The notes under the pieces: generated by a model
Told to the model about the DNA's origin: nothing
The model's database searches: none
Seen by the model: only the letters and a program-made list of their open reading frames with translations
Source of the DNA: an uncultured Solirubrobacteraceae bacterium
GTDB lineage: Bacteria; Actinomycetota; Thermoleophilia; Solirubrobacterales; Solirubrobacteraceae
Direction of reading: 5' to 3'
Assembly: GCA_963758055.1 (NCBI GenBank)
Contig: CAVWTU010000007.1
Coordinates: 12,503 to 76,502, forward strand
DNA length: 64,000 bases
Shown: positions 1 through 14,100 of the stretch, in pieces
How the letters are laid out: every line of letters starts with the position of its first letter
Position numbering within the stretch: the stretch's first letter is position 1
Translations under genes and position numbers: made by a program

Positions 1-227
1 CCCAGGACCTCGACGCCGAGTTCCCGGCGGTCGCCGCCCGGGCGGTGGGCTTCGAGCGCGTGCCGCTGCTGTGCGCCCGCGAGATTCCCGTTCCCGGCTC
101 GCTGCCCCGCGTGATCAGGGTGATGATCCACTACTACGCCCCCGAGGAGCACCAGCCGGCCCACGTGTACCTGGGGCAGGCCCAGGCGCTGCGCGCGGAC
201 CTCGCCGCCGCCCATGGGGCACAATAG
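1..227 (+). CDS. aroH: Chorismate mutase, AroH (Bacillus-type) family, 5'-truncated by the window edge
   Basis: Frame open from the window start: DLDAEFPAVAARAVGFERVPLLCAREIPVPGSLPRVIRVMIH...HVYLGQAQALRADL, the typical AroH C-terminal half; sits in an aromatic amino acid cluster. Confidence 0.9.
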   Translation, partial: QDLDAEFPAVAARAVGFERVPLLCAREIPVPGSLPRVIRVMIHYYAPEEHQPAHVYLGQAQALRADLAAAHGAQ

Positions 228-231
228 GGCC

Positions 232-1332
232 GTGGGAATCGAGTTCGCAGAGCGCATCAGGCGCATCCCGGTGTACCCCGCGGCGGGCGGCTACGCGCTG
301 GCGGAGCCGGTCGTGCTGCTGGCCAGCAACGAGTCCCCCTACCCGCCGCTGCCCGCCGTCCGGGAGGCGGTCGAGCGCGAGCTCGGGCGGCTGAATCGCT
401 ACCCGGACCCGTCCAATGCACGGCTGCGGCGCGCCCTGAGCGACCGCTACGACGTGCCCAGCGACCGGATCGCGGTCGGCAACGGCTCCTGCGACATCCT
501 GCTGGCCGCCGCCGAGGCGCTGCTCGAGCCCGGCGCCGAGCTCGTCTACGCGTGGCCCTCGTTCTCGGTCTACCCCCAGCTCGCGGCCTCCTCCGGTGCC
601 CGTGCGATCACGGTCGGCCTCGACGGCGAGGACCGCCACGACCTGCCGGCGATGCTGCGCGAGATCACCGTCGTGACGCGTCTGGTGATCGTCTGCAACC
701 CGAACAACCCCACCAGCACCGCCCTGCCCCTGGACGAGATCGCGGCCTTCCTGCAGGAGGTGCCCGCCAACGTGTGCGTGATCGTGGACGAGGCGTATTG
801 CGAGTTCAACCTGCTGGATGACCCCGACGCCTCGATCGAACTGCTCAAGCGCCACCCCAACCTGGTGCTGCTGAGAACCTTCTCGAAGGTCCACGGTCTC
901 GCCGGGCTGCGCGTCGGCTTCGCCATGTGCGGCTCCGACGAGCTGCCGCGGGCGCTCAACCAGGTCCGCCAGCCGTTCGGTGTCAACGCGCTCGCCCAGG
1001 CCGCCGCGGTCGAGGCCCTCGGCCACCAGGACGAGGTCACCAGGCGCGTCGAGCGAGCGGTCGCCGAGCGCCTGGCGATGGAGGAGGGTCTGGCCGCGCT
1101 CGGGCTCGGCGTGGCGGCCTCGCAGGCGAACTTCTGCTGGGTGCGCCTCGGCGAGCAGACCGACGAGGCCGCGGTCGTCGAGGGCCTGATGGAGCGCAGC
1201 GTGCTGGTGCGGGCCGGCGCCGCGCTCGGGGCCGAGGAGCCGGCGCTGCGGGTCACCTACGGGCTGCCGGAGGAGAACGCGCTTTTCCTGGCGGCCCTCG
1301 GCGAGGTGCTCGCCACGGCGCCCGCACGCTGA
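232..1332 (+). CDS. hisC: Histidinol-phosphate/aromatic aminotransferase (class I/II PLP)
   Basis: LASNESPY, NRYPD, CNPNNPT, VDEAYCEF, LRTFSKVHGLAGLRVG motifs; GTG start at 232 assumed (ORF track gives 214). Confidence 0.9.
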   Translation: MGIEFAERIRRIPVYPAAGGYALAEPVVLLASNESPYPPLPAVREAVERELGRLNRYPDPSNARLRRALSDRYDVPSDRIAVGNGSCDILLAAAEALLEPGAELVYAWPSFSVYPQLAASSGARAITVGLDGEDRHDLPAMLREITVVTRLVIVCNPNNPTSTALPLDEIAAFLQEVPANVCVIVDEAYCEFNLLDDPDASIELLKRHPNLVLLRTFSKVHGLAGLRVGFAMCGSDELPRALNQVRQPFGVNALAQAAAVEALGHQDEVTRRVERAVAERLAMEEGLAALGLGVAASQANFCWVRLGEQTDEAAVVEGLMERSVLVRAGAALGAEEPALRVTYGLPEENALFLAALGEVLATAPAR

Positions 1333-1414
1333 GCGCCCCGCCGCCCAGAGCGGCACGTTGGCATGCACCCTGGACCGGCGGGTAAATGTCTGCTAGAACC
1401 CCGGCAGGATCACT

Positions 1415-1495
1415 ATGCACCAGACGGCACGCGAATATCAGCGCATTGCGGCATCGGCCGTCTGGTCGTCCTTCTTCGCCTGGCGATTTAGCTAG
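1415..1495 (+). CDS. Putative attenuator leader peptide MHQTAREYQRIAASAVWSSFFAWRFS
   Basis: ATG 1415 to TAG 1493-1495, preceded by CAGGA (1405-1409); six aromatic codons, five in the last ten; directly upstream of DAHP synthase. Confidence 0.7.
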   Translation: MHQTAREYQRIAASAVWSSFFAWRFS

Positions 1496-1661
1496 GCGCT
1501 TCGGCCTCACCCGTGCGTGAGCGGGTTGCAGGGCCGTACCGGGTTCCTCAGGGGACCGAGCGCCACCTCCAGGGTGCAATGGGCGCCCACCTCACGAGAA
1601 CCGCCCGAGACCGGGCGGATCGGAGACCAGCTAACCCAGACGTCAGTGAAAGGATGAGCAG
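1496..1661 (+). promoter_or_regulatory. Structured leader downstream of the putative leader peptide
   Basis: Stem CGGCC(1502-1506)/GGCCG(1532-1536) with inner ACCCG/CGGGT; hairpin CCGCCCG(1601-1607)/CGGGCGG(1612-1618); AAGGA RBS before ATG 1662; no U-tract. Confidence 0.45.
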
Positions 1662-2699
1662 ATGATGGTCGTGATGAAGGAGGGCGCCACCCGAGATGAG
1701 GTTGCGGCGGTCGTTGAGAAGATCGAGCGAGCAGGCGCGCGCGCCCATCGCATCGAAGGAGCGCGCGTAACCGTGATCGGGGCGGTCGGCGATGTCGAGC
1801 GGGACGCCAGTGTGGCGAGCCTGGGGCTGGAGGGACAGCCGGGCGTCGACCGCGTCATGCCGATCCTCAAGCCGTACAAGCTCGCCTCCTCGCAGATAAC
1901 GCATGGAGAGCGCACGGTGCTCGACATCGGCGGGCGCAAGATCGGGGGCGATCACTTCGCGCTGATCGCGGGCCCGTGCACGGTCGAGTCGCGCGAGCAG
2001 ACGCTAGAGACCGCGCGCGTCGTGCGCGACGCCGGGGCGACGCTGCTGCGCGGCGGCGCCTACAAGCCGCGGACCTCGCCGTACGCCTTCCAGGGGCTCG
2101 GCCAAGAGGGCCTGCGGCTGCTCGCCGAGGCCAAGGCGCGAGACCGGGCTGCCGATCGTCACCGAGCTGATGGACGTGCGCGACATCGACGCCGTGCTCG
2201 AGGTCGCCGACGTGATCCAGATCGGGGCACGCAACATGCAGAACTACCCGCTGCTGGCGGAGGTCGGGCGCTCCGGACGTGCCAGCGCTGCTCAAGCGCG
2301 GCCTGTCCTCGACTCTCGACGAGCTGCTGATGGCGGCCGAGTACATCCTCAAGGAAGGCAACCCGAACGTGATGCTCTGCGAGCGCGGGATCCGCACGTT
2401 CGAGACCGCCTACCGCTTCACGCTCGACCTGATGGCGGTGCCGGTGCTGAAGGAGCTGACTCGCACCTGCCGGTGATCGTCGATCCGAGCCACGCCGCCG
2501 GGCGGCGCGACCTCGTTGGGCCGCTGTCGATGGCGGCCGCCGCCGTGGGCGCCGACGGGATCATCGTCGAGGTGCACCCCAACCCGGACGAGGCGATCTG
2601 CGACGGGCCCCAGGCGTTGCTCGCGGACCACTTCGAGGACTTCGCGCGGGCGGTCGAGCAGGCCGCGGCGCTGGCGGGCAAGACGCTCCCACCCCCTAA
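1662..2699 (+). CDS. aroF: DAHP synthase class I-beta with N-terminal regulatory (ACT/ferredoxin-like) domain; frameshifted; end uncertain
   Basis: [59 protein letters not shown] spread over ORFs 1662, 2170 and 2279. Confidence 0.9.
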
Positions 2700-2730
2700 A
2701 GGGGCAGCACGCGCGGGAGGGAGCCAGTCC

Positions 2731-6240
<3,510 letters not shown>

Positions 6241-6250
<10 letters not shown>

Positions 6251-6883
6251 CGATCGATGGCCCGGCGGGGGCCGGCAAGTCGACCGTGGCGCGAGAGCTG
6301 GCCCGCGAGCTGGGCTTCTCCTACCTCGACAGCGGTGCCCTGTATCGGTCGGTGGGGCTGCTCGCGCTGCAGGAGCCGCAGGCCGACCCCGCCCGGCTGG
6401 CCGCCGAGATGGACGTCGAGCTGGATGAGAGCACCCCGGCTCACGAGCCGGGAGTGCTGCTGGACGGGCGCGACGTGAGCGCGGAGATCCGTTCACCGGA
6501 GGTCGCCGCCGCGGCCTCCCGAGTGGCGGCCGACCCATCCGTGCGCGCTGCCCTGTTGGGCAAACAGCGCGCCCTGCTGGGAAGCGGCGACTGGGTGGCA
6601 GAGGGTCGTGACATCGGCACGGTCGTGGCCCCCGATGCCGAGCTGAAGGTGTTCCTCACCGCCGACGAGCACGAGCGGGCGCGCCGGCGGGCGCTGGAGC
6701 AGCAGCAGGACCCCGAGGCCGTGCTGGCCGAGCTGGCGGCCCGCGACGGGCGTGACCGCTCCCGCGCCCACGCCCCCCTGAAGGCCGCTCCGGACGCGAT
6801 CGTGATCGACACCAGCTCGACTCACGGCCGCGCAGGTCGTGGCCCGGATCGCCGAGCTGGTTCGCACCCGCGCGGGTCGTTAG
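6241..6883 (+). CDS. cmk: Cytidylate kinase (frameshift near the 3' end)
   Basis: VAIDGPAGAGKST, YLDSGALYR, VAEGRDIGTVV, DAIVIDTS; likely true stop TAG 6881-6883 after an indel near 6820. Confidence 0.92.
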
Positions 6884-6956
6884 CCGGCGGGTCAGCCCGC
6901 TCAGCCCCGGCCCCGGCCCCCCGGGCGGCGGACGTTGCCCGGTCATACTCATCCCC

Positions 6957-8326
6957 ATGAAGGTCGCACTGGTCGGGCTATCCCAACGTGGGCAAGTCCT
7001 CGCTCGTCAACCGGCTCACGGGTTCCCGGGAGGCGGTCGTCCACGCCCGGCCGGGGGTCACCCGCGACCGCAAGGACCTGCCGTGCGAGTGGAACGGCCG
7101 TCGCTTCACGCTCGTGGACACGGGCGGCATCGACGTCCTCGACCAGGACCCGTTGGCGAGCTCGATCCGCGAGCAGGCACGGGCGGGGATAGCCGAATCG
7201 GAGGTCGCGGTGCTGGTCGTGGACGCCCGCGCCGGGCTGCGGCCCGGCGACGAGGAGCTCGCCGACCTGCTGCGCAGGCAGCCGGTTCCGAGCATCGTCG
7301 CGGCCAACAAGTGCGATCGGCCCCGCGGATCTCCCGCTGGCCGCCGAGTTCCACCGCCTCGGCCTCGGCGACCCGATTGCGGTGTCTGCCGCCCAGGGTC
7401 TGGGAACCGGGGACCTGCTGGATCGGATCGTCGAGCTCCTGAATCGCGTTGCGCCCGAGGACGCCGAGGCCCCGGACGACGAGGACAAGGTCCGCCTGGC
7501 CGTGATCGGGCGGCCGAACGTGGGCAAGTCCTCGCTGGTCAACCGCTTCCTGGGCCGCGAGCGGGTGATCGTCTCCGACCGCGCCGGCACCACCCGCGAC
7601 GCGATCGACACGGTCCTGCGTTTCGGCGAGAAGGAGCTGACGCTCGTGGACACGGCCGGCATCCGTCGCGCCGCCAAGGTCGGAGACTCGGTCGAGTACT
7701 ACACCGCGCTGCGCTCGCGGCGGGCCGCCGAACGCGCCGACGTGGCGCTGGTGGTCTGCGACGCCTGCGACGGGGTCACCGCCCAGGACCTGCGGATCGC
7801 CGAGCTGGCGATGAAGGCGGGCTGCGCGACCGCGCTGGTGCTCAACAAGTGGGACGTGCTGGAAGAGCAGGGCGAAGGTGAGGCGCGCGGCCGCGAGCTC
7901 GAGCACGAACGGGCCCGGGTGGCCCGCAAGCTGCGCCTGCGCCCGAAGGTGCTGACCGCCAGCGCCCGCACGGGCCGCCACGTCGAGCGTGTCCTCAACG
8001 AGGCGGTCGCGCTGGGCGAGCGGATGGTCGTGCGGATCCCCACCGCCGAGCTCAACCGCTTCCTGTCCGAGGCCACCGCCGCTCGCCAGCCTCCGATCGG
8101 CGCCGGCGGGCGCTCGAGCGGCCACCGCCTGAAGCTGATCTACATGAATCAGATCGACCGTCGCCCGCCCCGTTTCTCGATCCAGGTCAACTCCCGGGCC
8201 CGCGTCACGCGCGACTACGCCTACTTCCTGGAGAACCGCCTGCGGGCCCGCTACGCGCTCGACGGGGTGCCCCTGATCATCGACTTCGTGGAGCGCGGAC
8301 AGCGCACCGCCGTGCGCGCTGCATAG
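6957..8326 (+). CDS. der: Ribosome biogenesis GTPase Der (EngA); frameshifted
   Basis: Two G domains: [21 protein letters not shown] and [23 protein letters not shown]; follows cmk. Confidence 0.93.
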
Positions 8327-8341
8327 ACTGCCGCCCTAGCT

Positions 8342-9562
8342 TTGGCCCAGTTCTCAGACAGCGAGTACCTGTTCACCTCCGAGTCGGTCACGGAGGGGCA
8401 CCCCGACAAGATCGCCGACCAGATCTCCGACGGGGTGCTGGACGCCGTGCTCAGGGACGACCCCTACGGCCGCGTCGCCTGCGAGACGCTGGTCAACACC
8501 GGCCTGATCGTCGTGTCCGGCGAGATCTCGACCGACACCTACGTGGACATCCCGGAAGTGGCCCGCGAGACGGTCCGCAAAATCGGCTACGACGACGCCA
8601 GCTACGGCTTCGACTGCCACACCTGCGCGGTCATCAACGCGATCGACAAACAGTCGCCCGGACATCGCCCAGGGCGTGGACGCGGCCTACGAGACCCGCC
8701 ACGACCCCGCCGACGAGGACGAGCTCGACATCGCCGGCGCCGGCGACCAGGGGATGATGTTCGGCTACGCGAGCAACGAGACCGAGGAGCTGATGCCGCT
8801 GCCGATCGCCCTGGCCCACAAGCTCGCCAAGCGGCTCTCGGAGGTGCGCAAGGGCGAGGTGCTGCCCTACCTGCGCCCGGACGGCAAGACCCAGGTGACC
8901 GTCCGCTACGAGGCCGGGCGACCGGTCGAGATCGAGAAGATCCTGATCTCCACCCAGCACGCCGACGGGATCGACGTCGAGTCGCTGATCAAGCCCGACC
9001 TGCTCGAGCATGTCGTGACGCCCGGTGCTCGCCGGCCGACCTGTACGAGGAACGCAAGCTGGTGCGCAACTTCCTGGTCAACCCGACCGGGCGTTTCGTG
9101 ATCGGCGGCCCGATGGGCGACTGCGGGCTGACCGGGCGCAAGATCATCGTCGACACCTACGGCGGCATGGCCCGCCACGGCGGCGGCGCCTTCTCCGGCA
9201 AGGACCCCTCCAAGGTCGACCGCTCGGCCGCCTACGCCGCCCGCTGGGTGGCCAAGAACATCGTCGCCGCCGGCCTCGCCGACCGCGCCGAGGTGCAGGT
9301 CGCCTACGCCATCGGCGTCGCCCACCCGGTGTCGGTGATGGTCGAGACCTTCGGCACCGAGAAGATCGGCCGCGGGCAGATCGCGAGCCTCGTCGCCGAC
9401 CATTTCGACCTGCGCCCCGGGGCCTTCCGCGAGGAGCTCAAACTGCACCGCCCGATCTACCAGAAGACGGCCGCCTACGGCCACTTCGGCCGCGAGGACC
9501 ACGACTTCACCTGGGAGCGCGTGGACCGGGCCGAGGCGCTGCGCTCGGCCGCCGGCCTGTAG
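8342..9562 (+). CDS. metK: S-adenosylmethionine synthetase; two compensating frameshifts
   Basis: [58 protein letters not shown]. Confidence 0.96.
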   Translation: MAQFSDSEYLFTSESVTEGHPDKIADQISDGVLDAVLRDDPYGRVACETLVNTGLIVVSGEISTDTYVDIPEVARETVRKIGYDDASYGFDCHTCAVINAIDKQSPGHRPGRGRGLRDPPRPRRRGRARHRRRRRPGDDVRLREQRDRGADAAADRPGPQARQAALGGAQGRGAALPAPGRQDPGDRPLRGRATGRDREDPDLHPARRRDRRRVADQARPARACRDARCSPADLYEERKLVRNFLVNPTGRFVIGGPMGDCGLTGRKIIVDTYGGMARHGGGAFSGKDPSKVDRSAAYAARWVAKNIVAAGLADRAEVQVAYAIGVAHPVSVMVETFGTEKIGRGQIASLVADHFDLRPGAFREELKLHRPIYQKTAAYGHFGREDHDFTWERVDRAEALRSAAGL

Positions 9563-9679
9563 CGGGCCGCCCGCCGGCCTCTAGCGGGCCCGCCAGCCGC
9601 GTCGTCCATCGCCGGGACAGGCCGCAGAGCGCTGCGAGGACGCGGCTGCTCTGACCGGGGCCCGCTCTAGGGTCGTAGC

Positions 9680-11711
9680 TTGTCCGCGATCGCACAGGTC
9701 GAGCCGATCACCAGCGCCCGGGCCCTGCGCGGGCCGTTCGACTACCTGCTGCCCGAGCAGCTGCGCGAGGACGTGATGGTCGGCTCGATGCTGGTGGTCC
9801 CCTTCGGGGCGCGCACGATCCTGGGCGTCGTCACGGGCCTGTGCGAGCGCAGCGAGGTCGCCGACCAGCGGCTGCTGGCGCCGCTGCGGGCGCTCGAGCT
9901 GGGCGTCCCCGAGGAGCTCGTGGAGCTCGCCCGCTGGGTGGCCGGGGAATATTGCTCGACGCTCGCCAGGGCGCTGGGGCTGGTGCTGCCGCCGGGAGCC
10001 ACCCGGCGGCTGGGCGGCCGCCGCCGCGCCGTCCCGAGGGCACCCGCCGGTGCCCCGCTCGGCGCGCAGATCGCTCCGGGCGCGCGGCTCGAGCCCCGAA
10101 CAGCAGGCCGCGCTGGAGCCACTGCGGGCCGCGATCGCCGAGGGACGCTTCGAGCCGCGGCTGCTGCACGGCGTGACCGGCTCGGGCAAGACCGAGGTCT
10201 ACCTGCGCGCCGCCGCCGAGGCGCTGGAGCCGGGGCCGCGGAGCGATCGTGCTGGTGCCGGAGATCGCGCTCACGCCGCAGATCGTCTCGCGCTTCTCCG
10301 AGCGCTTCGGCGACACCGTGGCGGTGCTGCACTCGCGCCTGACCGACGGCCCAGCGCTACGCCGAGTGGCGGCGGCTGCGCGAGGGCGAGGCGCGGGTCT
10401 GCGTCGGGCCCGCGCTCGGCCGTGTTCGCCCCCGTCCGGCGGCTCGGGCTGATCGTGGTCGACGAGGAGCACGAGGCCTCCTACAAGCACGAGGGCGACC
10501 CCCGCTACGACGCCCGCGAGGTCGCCGAGCGAGCGGGCCAGCGGGCGGGCGCCGTGCTGCTGCTGGGCAGCGCGACGCCGCGCCCGGAGAGCGCCCTGCG
10601 CCTGACGGCCTCGCGGCTGCGAGCGGCGCGTGGACGGGCGCCCGCTGCCGCCCGTGGAGGTGCTCGACATGCGCGGGCAGCCCAGCACCCTGCACCCCGA
10701 CACCGCGGCAGGCGCTCGCCGAGGTCCGCGAGCGCGCGCGGCAAGGCGATCGTGCTGCTCAACCGCCGCGGCTGGTCGAACTTCCTCTCCTGCCGCTCCT
10801 GCGGAGCCAGCTGGGGGTGCCCGAAATGCGACGTCGACGCTGGTCCTGCACCGCGCCGAGCGGCTGCTCGCCTGCCACCACTGCGGGCACCGCGAGCCGG
10901 TTCCGGCGCGCTGCCCGGACTGCTCCTCGAGCGCCGTGGCGCGCCACGGCGCCGGCACCGAGCGGCTCGCCCACGACCTCGCCGCGGTCTTCGACGAGGG
11001 CGACTTCCCCGTCTTCCGCCTCGACGCCGACGCGGTCCTGGCGGGCGGCGAGCAGGCCACGGACGCCGGTGCCGCTCGATCCTGGGCGCTTCCAGGCGGC
11101 TCGGCAGCGGTGTTCTGATCGGAACCCAGATGGTCGCCAAGGGCCACGACTTCCCCGACGTGGCGCTCGCGCTCGTGCTCGACGCCGACGCCACCCTGCG
11201 CTTCCCCGACTTCCGCGCCGAGGAGCGCACCTTCGCGCTGATCGCCCAGCTCGCCGGCCGCGCCGGCCGCGGCGGGCACGGGCGCGTGCTGGTGCAGACG
11301 ATGGCCCCCGAGGCGCGCGCGATCGTGCACGCCGCGCGCTCACGACAGCGACGGCTTCCTCGCCGGAGAGCTGCGACCGCCGCCGGGCGCTCGGCTACCC
11401 GCCGTTCTCGCACCTGGTGAGGATCGTGTGCTCGAGCCCGCAGGCGCCCGACGCGCTCGCCGCCGCCCAGGCGCTCCCAGCGAGCTCGAGCGCAGTCTGG
11501 CCCCGGCCGCCGGCGAAGGCGAGAGCGGGGTCGCGGTGCTCGGCCCGGCGACGCTGTTCCGCCTGCGCGGGCGCGAGCGCCAGATGCTGGTGCTGAAGGC
11601 CGGCTCCCGACCGCGCCGCCGTGCGCGCCGCCGGCGAGAGCGTGCAGGCGCTGGCGCGACGGGCGCGCCCACCCGGGGGTCAGCTTCAGCGTGGACGTCG
11701 ACCCGCAGTAG
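9680..11711 (+). CDS. priA: Primosomal protein N' (PriA); multiple frameshifts
   Basis: LLHGVTGSGKTEVY, LVPEIALTPQ, VDEEHEASYK, LNRRGW, CxxC zinc motifs, GTQMVAKGHDFP, QLAGRAGRG, C-terminal VDVDPQ. Confidence 0.9.
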
Positions 11712-11725
11712 GCTGGACGGCGACG

Positions 11726-12424
11726 ATGGCCTCGAGGCAGGAACTCCGCGAGCACGAGCACGAGCACGACGCCGTCCGCGCCACCGACGAGGACGTCGAG
11801 CTCGAGCACGACGCCCTCCACGCCACCGACGAGGACGTCGAGGTCGAGCGCGAGGAGGGGGCGCCCGAGCCGGCCGAGCTCGACCCCGAGACGAAGGCCC
11901 GACGCGACGCGGCGACTGCGCATCGTCCGACGCTTCGGCGACCCGGTGCTGCGCGCCAGCGCGGTGCCCGTCGAGCGCTTCGACGAGGCGCTTGCAGGCG
12001 AGGCTCGCAGCGGATGGGCGAGCTGATGCACGACGCGCTCGGCGTCGGCCTGGCCGCGACCCAGCTCGGCGTGCTGCACCGCGTGCTCGTCTATCCGCGC
12101 CGACCCGGAGGAGCCGCTCGACGGCGCTCGTCAACCCGGTGCTCGAGTGGGCCAGCGAGGAGCTGGAGATGGCCGAGGAGGGCTGCCTGAGCCTGCCCGG
12201 GGTCCACGTCGAGGTCGAGCGTCCGGCGCGCGTGCGCGTGCGCGCGCCAGGACCGGAGGGCCGGGAGCTGACGGTCGAGGCCGAGGGGCTGCGACGCGCG
12301 CGTGATCCAGCACGAGATGGACCACCTCGACGGCATCCTGATCCTCGACCGCATCTCCGCGAGGCGCGCAAGGAGGCGATGCGCGCGATGCGCGAGGCCC
12401 AGGAAGAGGCAGAGCGCCGCCTAG
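11726..12424 (+). CDS. def: Peptide deformylase with acidic/His-rich N-terminal extension; frameshifted
   Basis: FGDPVLR, GVGLAATQLG, EEGCLSLPG, VIQHEMDHLDGILI pieces; between priA and fmt. Confidence 0.88.
11762..11845 (+). repeat. Two imperfect tandem 42-bp repeats encoding EHDAVRATDEDVEL / EHDALHATDEDVEV
   Basis: gagcacgacgccgtccgcgccaccgacgaggacgtcgagctc followed by gagcacgacgccctccacgccaccgacgaggacgtcgaggtc. Confidence 0.85.
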
Positions 12425-12445
12425 GGCGCGCGGCTCCCGGCGCGC

Positions 12446-13407
12446 TTGAGCGACCGTCTTCTCGGCACCTCGGAGTTCGCCGCCGCCGTGCTCGAGCGGC
12501 TCGCCGCCGGCGAGCACTCGCCCGGCGCTCGTGATCACCCGGCCCGACCGGCCCGCGCGGCCGCGGCCGGCGGCTGCGCCCGCCGCCGGTCGCCGAGGCG
12601 CGCGCGAGCCCTCGGGCTGCCGCTCGAGCAGCCCGACGACGTCAACGCTCCGGACTCGCTGGCACTGATCGCCGCTGCGCTGGACGTCGCCGGCGGGGCG
12701 CACGCGGCGCCGGCGCGCCGTCGGGCCGCGCGGTGGTGATCGTGTGCGCCTTCGGGGCGCTGATCAAGGAGCCGCTGCTGTCCGCGCACGAGATCCTCAA
12801 CGTGCACCCGTCGCTGCTGCCGCGCTGGCGCGGGGCGGCGCCGATCGAGCGGGCGATCATGGCGCGGCGACGAGCGCACGGGCGTCTCGCATCATGCGCC
12901 TGACGGCCGGCCTGGACAGCGGACCGGTGTGCCTGCGCCGCCGAGGAGCCGATCGCGCCCGAGGACGACTACGGCGCGCTCGCCGAGCGCCTGCAGGTGC
13001 TCGGTGCGCGGCTGCTGATCGACGCGCTCGAGGAGCGATCCGGCGTTCGCCGAGCAGCCCGAGGAGGGCGTCACCTACGCCGAGAAGATCGCGCCCGCCG
13101 ACCGGCTGCTCGACCCCGCCCGTCCGGCGCGTCGAGCTGGAGCGCGCGGTGCGGGCGCTGCACCCCCACATCGGCGCCCGCCTGCAGCTCGGCGGACGGA
13201 GCCTGCTCGGCGTCCGCCGCGCCGCGCCTGCCCGCGGACGCCGTCCCGGGGTGGAGACGCTCGCCGGGGTTGCGGGTGCACGACGGCCGGCTGTTGCTGT
13301 TCTGCTCGCCCGGCGTGCTCGAGCTGCTCGAGGTCCAGCCGCCGGGGGCGCGGGCGATGGAGGCCGGCGCCTACCTACGAGGTCACGCGGCGCCCGGGCG
13401 CCGGTAG
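12446..13407 (+). CDS. fmt: Methionyl-tRNA formyltransferase; multiple frameshifts
   Basis: [69 protein letters not shown]. Confidence 0.88.
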
Positions 13408-14069
13408 GGGCTCAGATAGGACGGGCAGCGGGATCGCGGGATCGAGCAGGGCGTCGGGTACGGGCATGCCGACGGCGCTCGCGAGCGGCAGCACGCCGGC
13501 CCAAACCTCTCGCTCCAGGTCGGGCTCGTCGTCGATCGGTCCGCCGGTGCGGACCTTGGCCGAAGCCTCCTCGATCGGGAAGCCAGCACCGCGGTGGCCG
13601 CGAGCTCCTTGTCGTCCGGCTGGCGCACCTCCCGCCAGCGGCCGGGGACGATGTGCTCGACGATCGCCTCCAAGGCGCCTCGACCTTCTCGCCGCGCTCG
13701 GTCGACCGGGCGCGCCTGCCCGAGCAGCATCACGGAGCGGTAGTTGGCGGAGTGGTGCATCGCCGAGCGCGCCAGCACGAGGCCGTCGATCAGCGACACC
13801 GTCAGGCACGCCGGGGCCCCCGCCGCCATCGCCCTGCATCGTGCGCCGGCGCCCAGCGAGCCGTGGCAGTAGACGACCCCGCCGTGGCGCGCGTGCAGGG
13901 TGGGGATCACGAACGGCTGCCCGTTCGTCGGTGATGCCCAGATGGGCGAACAGGGCCTCGTCGAGGATCGCGTCGATCACCTCGCGGTCGTAGCGGCCAC
14001 GCTCGCGGTTGCGGCGCAGGCGCACGCGCTCGGAGGCCGGCGTCGGCGGGCAGCAGCTTGGGCTCCCAT
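13383..14069 (-). CDS. Pyridoxamine 5'-phosphate oxidase-like (NimA-type) flavin-binding protein; frameshifted
   Basis: RERGRYDREVIDAILDEA, IPTLHAR...YCHGS, IDGLVLARSAMHHSANYRSV, EEASAKVRTGGP, VWAGVLPL. Confidence 0.8.
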
Positions 14070-14080
14070 CGGTCGCCCCT

Positions 14081-14098
14081 TTCTGTAATAGTACAGAA
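14081..14098. promoter_or_regulatory. Inverted repeat TTCTGTA-N4-TACAGAA, candidate MocR operator
   Basis: Perfect 7-bp arms in the short AT-rich gap between the divergent flavoprotein and MocR genes. Confidence 0.55.
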
Positions 14099-14100
14099 CT

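Noticed and set aside
1333-1661. T-box riboswitch upstream of DAHP synthase
   Set aside because: No AAGGTGGxACC T-box consensus found; the leader peptide explains the region better
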